64,000 nucleotides of DNA. It comes from Marsupella aquatica (Eukaryota; Plantae; Marchantiophyta). This document shows positions 39,565 through 51,859 of the stretch, in pieces. The position numbers and the translations under genes were made by a program. The first letter of the stretch is position 1; each line of letters opens with the position of its first letter. The stretch spans positions 25,071,233 through 25,135,232 of the forward strand of contig OZ316892.1 of the NCBI GenBank assembly GCA_973895155.1, in the 5' to 3' direction. Under the pieces are notes generated by a model that saw only the letters and a list, made by a program, of their open reading frames with translations, searched no databases and was not told the DNA's origin.

Positions 39565-41070
39565 TTTTTTTCTTCTTTTGTTTTCCAAAAAAAGGGGGGG
39601 TGCAAGGCCCGTCAATACCACCAAGGTGACGAAAGCCACCCAAAGAAACGGCACCAACGGCACAAGCGCCGGGAAGCCAAGGACCAGAAAAACCACCAGT
39701 CTAGTCCGGCCAGGAGGTCCTAAAAAGCCACTTCATAATAGCCCTCTCAAACTCCCACTTACTAGTCTTACTATTCTGTCTACCTCTACCAACCTTCGAA
39801 ACATCACCCAGATTAACCATAGTGTTAATTCTAGTGCAACAAGTATCCCTATTCCTACCAGTCCTGTGATCAAACCCGTAGCTATATTCCGGCATCACAG
39901 TGTGCTTCCTAAAATATGTCCTAATCTTCCTAATTCCTGTCATCATCATGAATACCAAGGGAGAGGGGGTTATCAATTTTGTCCCATGGTTGGAGAGCAA
40001 TTCTCAATTGGTCCATGGCGGTGTTCAGCTGTCTCCCTTTCTTGGGTGAATTGCAGATGGCCAGCATAGAGTGAAGTTGGTCTTCGCTGTATCGGAGGAT
40101 CCCCCAACCGGGAAGTCTGCCCAAAAATTGGGAATAAATCGCTGCGTTCCTTTCCTTCCATATGCTGTGACACAGTTCCATCAGAATGATCATGGGGCCC
40201 GATTTTCTTTTCTGAATACGGACCAAGAATTGAATGGCTTCAAACAGTGATCCGGTGGGGAAAGAGAGAGCAGGAAAACCTAGAGTGATCTGATGAATGG
40301 CTCTCCATCTCTCGGTCACATATGGGCAGCTGAAGAACAAGTGTTCCGTGTGCTCAAAAGACAGTTTGCATTTGTCGCAATTTCCGTCACAAACTTTCCA
40401 GCGGCTGCCTCTCCCATTCGTAAAGAAGCCATGATTGAGAAGCTGCCAAGTGAAGAATCGTACCTTCGGTAAGACCCAACCTCCCCAAAGGTTTTTCCAT
40501 TGGGTATGCCATCCTTCAGGCGTGGTGTGTTGCCCCCAACACCTGTTCAGCTTGGAGACATCCGAGGTTCTGGGTAGGTTGCGAAGGACCCAGGTTTTAT
40601 TGGAGAATTTCCAGCCTCTATTCTTACCTGTCCAATTGACTCTATGATGATGTCAATTGCAAACCATCGTCTAAAGAGCGCTCCTAAAATCTGGAACTTC
40701 AACTGGAAACTTATGGATGTTGCATGGATTCCTCTTGGGAGACTTCACAGTCCGGAGAGCACGCCAGACAACATTGTTACACCATTGACTGACACGATTT
40801 TTGAAGGGATCTTTGAGCCAATCTGCATAATGGAGTACATGTCTCCAACTTTTCAAATTATGTGGAATGTCTACATAAGCTATTGGCTTATGATGACTTT
40901 ACAAGACGTTCGAGCAAATTGATGAGCAGGTGATCTAGAATCGACTAAAACTTTCTGTATAGAGGTACTTCTCCCAGGCCACTTGAACCCATATTATTCA
41001 TCTAGTACTAAACCACATACTCTGGTCATGCTAGCTTTGGATTCAAACTGGAGGCGCTGGTGGACCAAAT
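39565..41070 (-). mobile_element. 5'-truncated L1-clade LINE fragment (ORF2 C-terminal zf-RVT region and 3' end)
   Basis: Minus-strand translation WKNLWGGWVLPKVRFFTWQLLNHGFFT...CDKCKLSFEHTEHLFFSCPYV...CHSIWKERNAAIY is the plant L1 zf-RVT signature. An A-rich tail lies at ~39565-39580 on the minus strand. The upstream boundary is approximate. Confidence 0.85.
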
Positions 41071-44000
41071 TGACCGGTCTTGAGCTATCAAAGTTATCAA
41101 AGCAACCCAATTGATTGCTTCAGGGTGCCTCTGAGGCCCTAGCCACACTCTGGACTGCATTCACTCACTCACACACTGATGACTTACTTTTGATTGCCCT
41201 CTCAATCCCCACAGAGCATACCAGAGAAAAGATAATTAAAGAGAGAGAGATGCTATCGGTCCATTTGCACACAATCCAAGCAAGTAACAATGGTATTGCA
41301 TGACTTCATGTTACTAGGTACCTTGACCTGAATCTTTGCACCAGTCTCAAGAGACCAGAAATTTGATCTAGATGCAATTTACAAGACAATCAAAGCGCAT
41401 GATATTAGATAGCTAGACAGGAAATCATATGGCACCTCTTGATGGCGACCACCAGAGTGTGGCCTCTGTGAAACCTGGGCTCACAATGCACAGCTTCAAG
41501 GAAGCATAACTGGAGCTTTGCCACCTTGATCAAATCAACGCGCAGTCTTATTGAGTTAATTCCAATCTTTTATCTTTGCTTCATTAGATTTTGCTACAAT
41601 TGACCCTATCTTAAGCTTCGCATTCCACTATGAGTTTGCAGTCCTGCATGTCGACAATCTCCACAATGTTCAATGTCCCTCTTCGATAGAGCTCGTTGCT
41701 TCCAGGGTGACTTCACAGGCAAAGAGATTTCAAACTACTCGGCTTGCCTAGTACCAAATGGAGAGTTGGTTACGGTTGCCAAATTTTTGGCAACCATATT
41801 AATTGTTGCAAATACTCAACTATTTCTTACTTAAATCTTATATTTTTACTTAATGTGAAGAAGAGATAACTAAACGTTCTTGCCCAGGGAAAAATCCTTG
41901 AGGCGTCATCTGCCAAATGAATAGTTTTAGCCCTGGTGAAAAGGAACTCTAGCTTTCTAGGTTTTATAAGGACCTCAAAAATAATTGCTACTCTGCTCAA
42001 AATTTGAACAATTATCTATTTATTAAGTGAACCTAATATAGATCATGGCACTATGGTTACAAGGCCCAGGTGACATTCTGCGGGACAAACCGGTCGTGAG
42101 TCCAGAGTCCCCTACATGAATTGACAAGTTACATATGGATCCTCATCCCCCATTGTGAAAGGGAAGCTCCAAACTGAATCCATCTCCAAGATCACAAGAA
42201 CTCCGTTCAGAAGTCATTGCACTCGTGATGGCAAGGGAGGCCATTGTTACTTGGCCAGTAACTCATTCTATTGCTCAAGAGGCAGTGGACAATGGATGTG
42301 ATCCACCGCAGTAAATCAACACAATTTTGTCAACCCACTTGAAGCTGTAGAAGAGCTGCCAGGTATGATTTGAGCTTGTTCCCAACGCTCTATGAAAGAA
42401 CCAAAAATCAATTGGACCATTTCATTATTACTCTTTATTTCATTCTCAATGGTAGCATTTTGTAGCACCTCGAGCCTGAGGACATGGAAGGTTTTAGACA
42501 AGCTGTGAGTTGCAGCTCAAACTAAGTGGATCTCCAACGGTAAACTTTGGAAACTTCAAAAATTGATTTCCAAGATTGTGCCCTCTATTTGACCTAAGGT
42601 TCATTTGAAAGTTATTGATGAGTTCTTTGTTTCTCACATAGAGGTCCTCAATACATCCATTTTAGAATTGTGACTACAAGTAGTCAACAAGGGTATGTCC
42701 AAAGCATAAGTGAGTGCAAGCTTGCTTGTTTCCATTTGAGAGTGCAAAAAGCTGTGGATTAACCAAGCAACAAATAGAGTATAGAAGAAAGCTGTGAATG
42801 GCAACTCAACTAGCAAAGAATTCTATGGACTCCTTATTGTCACTGCTGCTGTTATCTTCATCCAAAATGTCCCTATCACTAATGGAGCCTTTGTCGCTCT
42901 TGAACGCTTTCCTAAAAATGTCACAGGTGATGGGGGAGACATCCATATAGTGAGACCCCCGAGTCCCAAAGTCCTACCTAAACACAGCTGTGGGAATGGA
43001 TCAACTATGGGAGGTCAAATCCTTCAATGGTCCAATGGAGCTTACCTTGATGTTGTTGGAGCCTTCAGCCAGCTCGTTACATCACCTCACAATTTCACTT
43101 TGAACTTGCTCCAATTTAGATCCAATTCTAATTCTAATTGGCCTCCTATGTTTTTTAAAAATTTAGTTAATTTCTATCCAATATACATATTTTGGATCAC
43201 ACCTGGTTCATATAATTTTGTATAGTCGACCCCCCTTGGGAATACACCTCATCCTCTAGCACTAGCATGACCAATTTGTTCCTACTATCTTTTTAGAAGG
43301 ATTGAACAATGTCAAACCGTGAAAGACATTGTCTGCCACAAGCAAAGACCATTTTATTCTTGCTCAAATTTCAAGAGGAATTTGCTTTTAACATTAAAAT
43401 GTATCTGGAGTGGCTCAAAATTCTACTAAATTTCTTTTGCTCTAGTTAAATATATTTCAAAGGACTCACTAGCACAAGAGTGTTTACTTGCTTAGAAAGA
43501 TAGTGGCTTGACTCCCCGCTTGACTCTCCCATTGTCAGCCCATGTCTAATATTGCTCATAGAACTTGTATGATCAACTTTGGACCATTTGATCTTGATTA
43601 CATTTTATGAATGGGTGATTGTCTACACAGGCAAAAAACCTCTCTTTGTTTACTTTGCATCCAGGCAGCCTCCTCATGTACTGTTTTTTAAAACTTTAAT
43701 TTACAATGATAGGGGGTGTTAGTGTTGGTGTTAGCCATTGAATTGTAGCCCAAAGTTAGTCAATTGCAGTCACTACCATTGACACCCCATATCAATAAAA
43801 TGTGTCAGCCATGAAGAATGTTGTGACACGGGTAACATGTCACCTAACCGAACGCAGGTCCTAGATTAGGACTTATACGGTCATTAGGACCGTAGCCGTA
43901 GCGTAGAGTAGTACGAATAGCCGTCTTTGCCATTATGAATAGATTAGGAGTAGGTTAGTTGACTGAATGATTATGAATTAAGGGAAGGAAATTATTACGA

Positions 44001-45585
44001 TCGGCCGAAGTACGGTGGCGGGGGCGGAGTAAAATTCCGTTAGGAGATCACGCTTGGACCGAGACACCCAACTTTGGGCCATTATCAACGACCAAAATGG
44101 CCTCGCCTTCTCACACTTGGGCTCACCCTGGCACCTCCATAAGAGTTGAGTCGATGGCGCCGCGGCCCATTTGCTCATTCGCTCTTGCCTTTTGGAATTC
44201 GCGGACGCTGCCATTCACTCTAGCCTTTTGCTCGAATCGAGCTAACTTTTACGAGGAAATTATCGAAGGGTGAGAGCGGATTGTGGAGGGATTTAGTCAG
44301 TGCGAGTAAGGCCTCCACCAGCAAGCAAAACTGCGGGGTGGGGATGCGGACTTGACGAACTAGACTACAAAGGTTAGTATGACCCTTACAGCCTTGGGAT
44401 TTTGGACTTATTGGTACTCTTGCCCCAAGAAAGCCACTTACAAACGAATATACGCGAAGTTGGTGGCCAAGGTAGCACAAGTTAACTGTGAGAAGACAAC
44501 CATCACCAGGGATTCCAGCTACAACTAGTTGTGGGACTACATCACCAAGCTATATCTCAACGAGGAGGGGCTTAGATCGGTAGCAGAGGCGATTCTTGAA
44601 GTCCCCGCGAAGTTCTTTAGGTTGAAGGGCAGCCAAAGGCTAATCAAGCGGAGTTTGACAAGATCCTGGGTTACATCGACCAGCAGATTGCAGCCGAAAA
44701 ACGCCAAGAAGACATCAGCAAACAACAGGAAGCGACGCGTAATCTTACATTCCTCGGGGAAAGCTCCAACGCCTTCAACTGGGATATGGCTACCCCAACG
44801 CCACCCCCAGCCCCTCAACCGATGACCACCAGCATACCACCGAACCAGTCCCAAGTCCATCTTGTGAACAACACTGAGTGTTCCTCGGGTTCCGAGCGTG
44901 TTAGTTCATAGCTTGAGCAGCGTTCTTGGAAGCGGGCAAGGACGACGCCGGCCCCTGAACCAACGGCGCAAACCAACGCTGCCCCTGCACCTGCCCCGGC
45001 CAACCCGCCAACTAATCAATCCTGACGATCCTTGGATAATCAATAGCCCAACTTATTACAGGTAATTTGCGTCCCTGAGGTAGTCTGGACAGCGATCCCG
45101 ACCACACGGACTATCTCAAGGAGCATTAGTTGGAGTAGTTCGCTCACTTGCTATGGAGACCCCGATGGAGACCTAACGCAGCCGGGCCAAGGGAGGTTTA
45201 TAAGTTCATCTCCAATTTTGACATCGATGCGGCGACCACCAAGGTTTCAGGGCAGACTTTATCACTTACGGAGTATCGGTTGGCACAGATGTTTTGTCTG
45301 CCAACCGGGCCGGTGTCGGTTGAACTCTGAATTTGGAATAAGGAGTATACACCCCGACACTTCAAACCCGAGGGTAAGACATACAACAGGTACAAGCAGG
45401 GGTCATGCACCAACTTAGTCTGTATGGAGCGGCTTACCTTCATACAGACTACCCTACACATGATTGAGCCACGATCCGAGATCTCCCTCTATATGATCGT
45501 ACAGGTGGAATAGTACAAACGGCGGAACTCGGCCCAATTCTTTTGCCGTAGGTTCTCGGGGGAGCTTAGGCGGGCTCAAGGAGGT

Positions 45586-46296
45586 ATGTCTATCGGGGGA
45601 AGGACCTACCTAGGAAGTCACATCACCATCGTCCTCGCCTGGTACAAGGCGCGACAGGAGGCCAAGGGAAAGAATATGGCCACCTTAGCCCCGAATAGCG
45701 TCGCCCCCGCTACGGAGGAGGCTACCCTGATCGAGCGGACCACTATGCCTCGGGCAAACCCCGAGCCCATAGCCCCGACTAATACTCCGCCACCTCCTCC
45801 CATTGAAATCCCGCCGCCCCCTTCCGTCAAGCCTCCGCTGCTCCCAGTACAACCACCCCCAATCCCTCCACCACCTGAAGAAACCTTCCCCTCCCCATTG
45901 CAGACTACGGAGGAGCTCGCTGCCCCGCCCGAGGAACCACCGGTGCCCGAGAGGATGGAGGACTACCAAGTAGCCCCGGGGACCATGGCCTACGACCTGG
46001 TCCAAAAGTTTAGCCAGACTATGTCAGGGGAGCTGGCGACGGACATCGGGCAACAGGTCTCGGCGTACTTCCAACCAGCCTTCTTCATGTTAGAGCACCA
46101 ACCACGGATTTTGAGCCGCTTGGAGGAAGAACTCATGGCAAAGGGGAACAAAATTGGGCGCCTCCAAATGCTAGAAGAGGAGGCTACCACCCGTCGTGAA
46201 GATTTAGTCCGCACCGTTGAACAATGGGAAGGACTCAACCAGGAGTTGAGCGCGGCGCAAGCAGATCTCAAGAAGTTGGACGACACTATGCTTTAG
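45586..46296 (+). pseudogene. Disrupted TE-associated ORF: Pro-rich linker followed by a coiled coil
   Basis: 236-aa ORF (PPPPPIEIPPPPSVKPP...; LEEELMAK...LEEEATTRREDL). The same frame continues through stops at ~46294 and ~46468, and upstream fragments 45148-45580 are also broken. Intronless. Confidence 0.5.
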
Positions 46297-47349
46297 TTGC
46301 GCTCAGAATCCTCGGCTCGGGTTACCAGCCTGACCGACCTCAACAACCAATTCTTACAGGCCAAACAGCAGGTGGCTAGTCTCTCCGCCGAGCGAGATAA
46401 ATTGCTGACGCAGAACCAGACCCATCGTGACTCCATCGGCCAGCTCAGCCTAGAGGTAGCACGGCTCTAGACCGAGGCCGACAAAGCTGTGAACGAGGCA
46501 GAGGAGGCGGTACGGGATAACAAGGCCTTGCAAGACCGTATTACCCTGTTGATCTCGTCAGCCAGTGGGCAAGACCTAGACCCACCTCTGATCAAGGTGG
46601 CTCGAGGTCTCGCCTCGACAAGGGGACAAACCCTGGTTCAACCACAACACGCACATAAGGGGTGGTTAGCGGAGGGTCTGAGCAGGCGCCGCTGTCTGGG
46701 GGAAAAATGTGGTTCTTGAGGAAGCACCGGGCCTATGGCTGCTAGTGTCAAGAGAGAACTTAAGTTAAGATCATGATTACTATTCTAGACTGGGTAGCAG
46801 ACACCACAAGGAACGGTTCCGTGGATGAAAGCACAACATCATAACCCTTTTCTCCATACCTACGGACTATTGCCTCCTTGGCAGCTACCTTGGGTCGAGT
46901 TACAAAACGAATATCTCCCAACGAGAAAGAAACGGGAGGCTCATCGGAGGGAGGTTTGTTGAGATCCATCTCAATACAAGATAAAAATTGTGCAAGCCCA
47001 ATCCTGCCCGTAAACTACATAAGGGTATACAATTGGCTCTATTGAATTTAATACCGCAGTTGCAAATGCTTCTCCAAAGTGAAAAGTCATATGCTGGCGC
47101 ATTATCTCTTTTTGGAGTACATGAATTCTAATAAGGAAATGATTAGGGAGAGGAAGAATAGGTACTGGTCTGGGCATTATTGTACTATCAAATATTCCAT
47201 CCAACTAATTTTCATTCTAATGACAAGAGATATAATCATTCAACAAAAAGATCATCCATTTCAAACAAATATCATGCATTGAGTTAACTCTAAGTATATA
47301 CATGCAGATGTTTATCTTAATAGGTTGATCTTCTTTTGAATGAAAATAC

Positions 47350-47620
47350 TATCTGAAGGTCCAACTCATACAAAATACCTCTGGCCGAGCCGAAGCTCGA
47401 AGCAAGAGTGCATGAGTGAGTCTACTTCATAAGGATTTCACCCAAAAGGGAGCATATGATGTCAAGGCATTGTTGAGCACTTTCCAACTCTTTTAGAACT
47501 TAATAACCATCTCCTATCAAATGACAACACTTTCTGAAGGTCCGACTCATACAAAATATCCCTGGCCGAGCCGAAGCTCTAAGCAAGAGTGCATGAGTGG
47601 GTCTACTTCATAAGGGTTAT
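47350..47620. repeat. Direct duplication, ~181-bp period
   Basis: tctgaaggtcc(a/g)actcatacaaaata.c.ctggccgagccgaagctc.aagcaagagtgcatgagtg.gtctacttcataagg at ~47352 and ~47533. Confidence 0.9.
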
Positions 47621-47834
47621 ATTCATAGAAGAGATCATCAAGTCCAATGGATTTTTAAGACTTCACAACTTAGTTGATGAAAAATGGGGAGTGAGGGGAG
47701 AGAGCCCCTCTCCTCTTTATTTATAGTGCTCACACCTCAAGCACACGGATCAAGCATGGCACACGGATGGAAGCCATGTGTCACACATCCAAGGCAAGTA
47801 AGTGTGCTAGTACTGTAGTTACGTGAGTGGAGCA

Positions 47835-48128
47835 ACTGTAGACAGTACACTGTAGTATGCACAATGTAGATCGTACACTATAGCATGCATACTGTAGATC
47901 GTACACTGTAACATGCACACTGTAAATCGTACACTGTAGCATGCACACTGTAGATCGTACACTGTAGCATGTACATTGTAGCATGCACACTGTAGATCGT
48001 ACACTGTAGGTCTTGCACTGTAGCATGCACACTGTAGATCGAACAATATAGCATGCATACTGTAGACCGTGTACTGTAGCATGCACACTGTAGGTTGTGC
48101 ACTGTAGCATGCACACTATAGACTGCAT
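47835..48128. repeat. Minisatellite of 14-bp units, largely alternating ACTGTAGCATGCAC / ACTGTAGATCGTAC (28-bp higher-order dimer)
   Basis: About 21 units read directly from the sequence. The repetitive ORFs in three minus frames are by-products. Confidence 0.92.
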
Positions 48129-49886
48129 ATGCGAGAATTTAAACTACTATCCTATACTACTAAGCTATACTTAGGAGGAACTTACTAAACAAAGAATCCC
48201 CACGACACCGCGCGAGGCAGTTGAGTCAGTAGCATCTTTTTGATTAGGCTTAATGACAAATTAGCTATCATTAGGTGCCAATTAGCGGTGCAATAGGAAG
48301 AATTAGGACAGGATCAGTTATGATCAGCCGATGTAGGATAGAGTCCATCAACGGAGTAGAATTTTGGTCAGTAGACTTAGCTACTGCCACCCCGGTCAGC
48401 GCCCCTTGCCACTGACGGTCAACTGGTCAGAAGAAGTGCGGTCGGTTAGTCAGAAGGTAGTTAGTCAGCAGGCATAACCCCAGGAGGTAGTATCTTCCGG
48501 CTCCTTTCCGCAAACATAGTATTTAGGCTTCCCCTTCCGCTGTGGGAAGGGGAGAAGACTTAGTTCACCTTAGCGCTAGAAAAGGCAAGGCACGGGGAGT
48601 CCCGGCCTGAGCATGGTCAAAGTGCACTAAGGAGTGAGAGCCAGAGTCGAGCTTGTTGGGCAAGTGCGGGGCAGGGCCTCGTAGAGACTAGGCATTGACT
48701 GCCGTTAGGCCTGTTGACCCCTTCGAAGTCAAGTCAACTATGTAAACCGATTCTTCACTGAGTAAAATGTAGTCTTTCCCTCTGATTCTATTGCGAGTAA
48801 CTGGTGTTGTGTGCATGCTTTGTTTGGGAAAGGCGCCATTTGAAGGGACGTACCGGGTGCAGACTAATGGTAGGGATTGCCTCGGGTTGCATGTTGCAAG
48901 GTTCTAAGTTGCGTCGATGGCTTGAAAGCCCCAAGCCGGGAGTTAGTCAGAGTCACTAACTGTGGGAATATTCCATCAGTGGAAAACAAATATACCTATG
49001 ACCCGTACAAGTTACGTAAGTATTATACCGACAAGTATATCAACTTAGCCCGGCTTAGGGCTAATCGGGACCACTACACACCTCCTTGCCCGAACCCTCA
49101 CCCCTACTGGTGGTCATGGTCGCCCCAGGGAACTAACTTGGATTTAAGGCCCGGGTTAAGGGCGCGACAAATGCCCCCAAAGCAGGGTGTGGTGACTAAT
49201 GTTGAAAATGCTGTGGTAGGCCATGAACGGATTGGTATGGTGGTCCAAAGGACTCTAAGAACTCAGTCAGAGATAGGCACCAGCGGTAGCCCAAGTCCAA
49301 TGGCTGGGCATGGCAATGTGCCCTGGTGGCCTTGAAACATACAAGCATTAACTAGGGGTAGTCATGTGCAACACCCCCAGTCCATGGTTGGACAAGGGTA
49401 GCCTTCAGTTACATGTCACCATTTTTTATGTCAAAGCCCTATCTATCGCTAAAGTCTGGAAGGCTATTGTGACAGATGGAAACATGATGAGGCTGGATTG
49501 GCTGAAAACAACTCTACAGAAAGGTTCACAAGGTGAGAAGCTAGGATGACATTCATTTAGAGTAAAAATGCTTGACTTTTGTAAGAAGAGCTTTTTGGGA
49601 TCCCATTCAAGTTCAAAAGGTTTGAATGTAGATCCCTTCTGGGCTTATGAGTTGTAGAATAGATGAGCAAGAAGTAGTAAAGACCATAGCAACAATGTGT
49701 GACACCAAAATGTTGATACTCATTGTATCCTTATAGGATAATTATTCATCTTATCCACTGGCCACTGCCTATTGGGCCTCCAAACAGTATAGTAATAAAA
49801 AGTGTCAATGGAATAGAAAGATCGACTTTGATAAACCAATCCAGTTGAGTCTTGTTTTATGACAAGCTTATGTCCATTCACCAAAC

Positions 49887-51816
49887 ATGGCATTAGCACC
49901 AGCTCTTGCTTCTTCTACACCTCAGCCTCCATCTTCAAATCCTTCCCTGTCACCAGGCCAAGCTCAAATCTCAAGTCCAACCCCTAAATCAGAAATTGTT
50001 CAAACTGCAAAGTCTTTATCAATTATAGATGGCATTCCAAGTGCAACTGTTGGTGATGCCACTAAAGCTACTCTATTAACATCTACTATCATTGATGGAT
50101 CATCCATACAGTTTGCCCATAATTCAATCAACAAGGAACTAATCTTGAAGGATATTCTCAAAGAGAAGGAGCACATTCTTCATGAAAATGAACTTCTAAG
50201 AGATCATTTAGTGGTAAAGTATTTGGACACTCTTTTAGGGTTTTCATCCCCATTATTGAAACATATGAAGCACAAAAAATACTTTAAGCATTCCCTTTCC
50301 AGAAGGCTCAAGTGAAATAGATTTCCATCAATGATGAAACATAGAATAGCTAGCAAATTAAGTGTGGAAAATCACGTACAATTTGAGATTCAACTTAAAG
50401 CACTTTTTGATATTATTACCCAGTCCTCATTGAAATGCAGCGGATAGTAGACCAATCTGCTGCCCAAACAGATGAGGTAACCCACAGTTTAGCCCAAGAA
50501 GGTGAAGAAGATGAGGAGATCCCAGAGTATGGTAGCATAAGTTCACTAGCTAAAAGCAGCTCTATAAGAGGCGGATTCTTGCTTGAAACTAGTGAGGAAG
50601 ACTACAGCTTAAGTGACTTACCAATCCAAAAATTGAATGCTGAAGAGAAAAATGATATTGCGAGCAAAGAAAATGCCAAACTTCACGAGGAGATGAATGA
50701 ATGTAGGAGTACAAATGAGAGGCTGTTAGATGAATTAAGGGCAGCATACGACGAGTCTGACTTGAGAATTGGTGAAGTTAGAAGGGACCGAGCAGACTTT
50801 CAAAGGGATGTCATGGGTGATGCACAGAGCAAGGGTTTCGAGAGAGCAAGTGCACACAAAGTCCTCAAGTACGAGCTATCTCAGGAGGAAGAGATGATTT
50901 TATTGAATGAATCATTCAACTTGATCATGATCAAGAGCAAATTCATAATTTACATATTTGTTTTATATGACTATATTGCTGCATTTATCCATGTGTATGA
51001 GGTCTTTGCAGTCTGCACATTACAAAACTGATCATGAATCTATGGTAAGGCAGAGTTCTGTTGTAGTTATTAATATGGTTATAATATATATGAAGACATT
51101 TTGGGGGAGGATTTTTACAACCAGGATCTGAAAGAAGTAAAACAGCATGAAAGATAAGGATTCCGATGACTGATTTTTGACTGAATTGATTTCCTAAAAT
51201 TCAGACTGTCAAAGCCAATTGTTGCTAAACTCTTGCTTTGGTCGGCTTTGCTTATGAAAAGAGATATCTATGAACTTTTATTTTAGATATGGATTTTTAT
51301 TAGGTTTCTGTTTGTTTCCAAAACACCTCCAGAAATAAATTTGGTTCTGTCAGCAGAGTTTGTCACAGTTTACAAGCATTGGAACAGTAAGGATATCAAA
51401 TGCCAATCATATATCTCTAGCTTGGTTATATTGTGGACTTGTCAGCTTAAATGAAAGTGACATACACTCAATATGCTGATATTAAGCAAAGGAATATGTT
51501 GCATCAGGTTTTTGGAAGCAAAGATTAAGTACAAGGTTTCTAAAGCAAAGAAAGTGCATGAGCGGAATCAAGCACTTTATGTGGTGATAGCCCGAACAAG
51601 CAAACAATTGGGTATGAAGAAAGAGCTTGCAGATGTTCTCCATGCTGTAGATTTTGAACAACTACACATCCACAAGCAACAAAATCAACAAAAAATTGCT
51701 GACAAAAGTCATGAACTTCAACGCTTAAAGTCAAGCCATGCCAAAGCACTAGAGGCATTGCTCAATTTCTTGTGACTTTTATTTGGTTGGTTATAACATA
51801 CATAATGGAACATACC

Positions 51817-51859
<43 letters not shown>

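Larger units (their letters stand above)
43820..49378 (-). mobile_element. Degenerate Ty3/gypsy-like LTR retrotransposon-derived region with an antisense Pro-rich/coiled-coil ORF
   Basis: Candidate minus-strand LTR 49373 (TGTTG) to 48841 (...CCCTTCA) is followed by AATGGCGCC, a PBS-like sequence. Tandem repeats lie in the putative leader, and a GC-rich disrupted ORF sits on the opposite strand (45060-46720). No RT or integrase seen. Confidence 0.4.

Noticed and set aside
41100-43800. Possible gag-like remnant
   Set aside because: The composition suggests decayed retroelement sequence, but I could not read a convincing motif.
47781-48128. Cys/Tyr-rich repetitive ORFs in three minus frames
   Set aside because: They are translation products of the 14-bp minisatellite.
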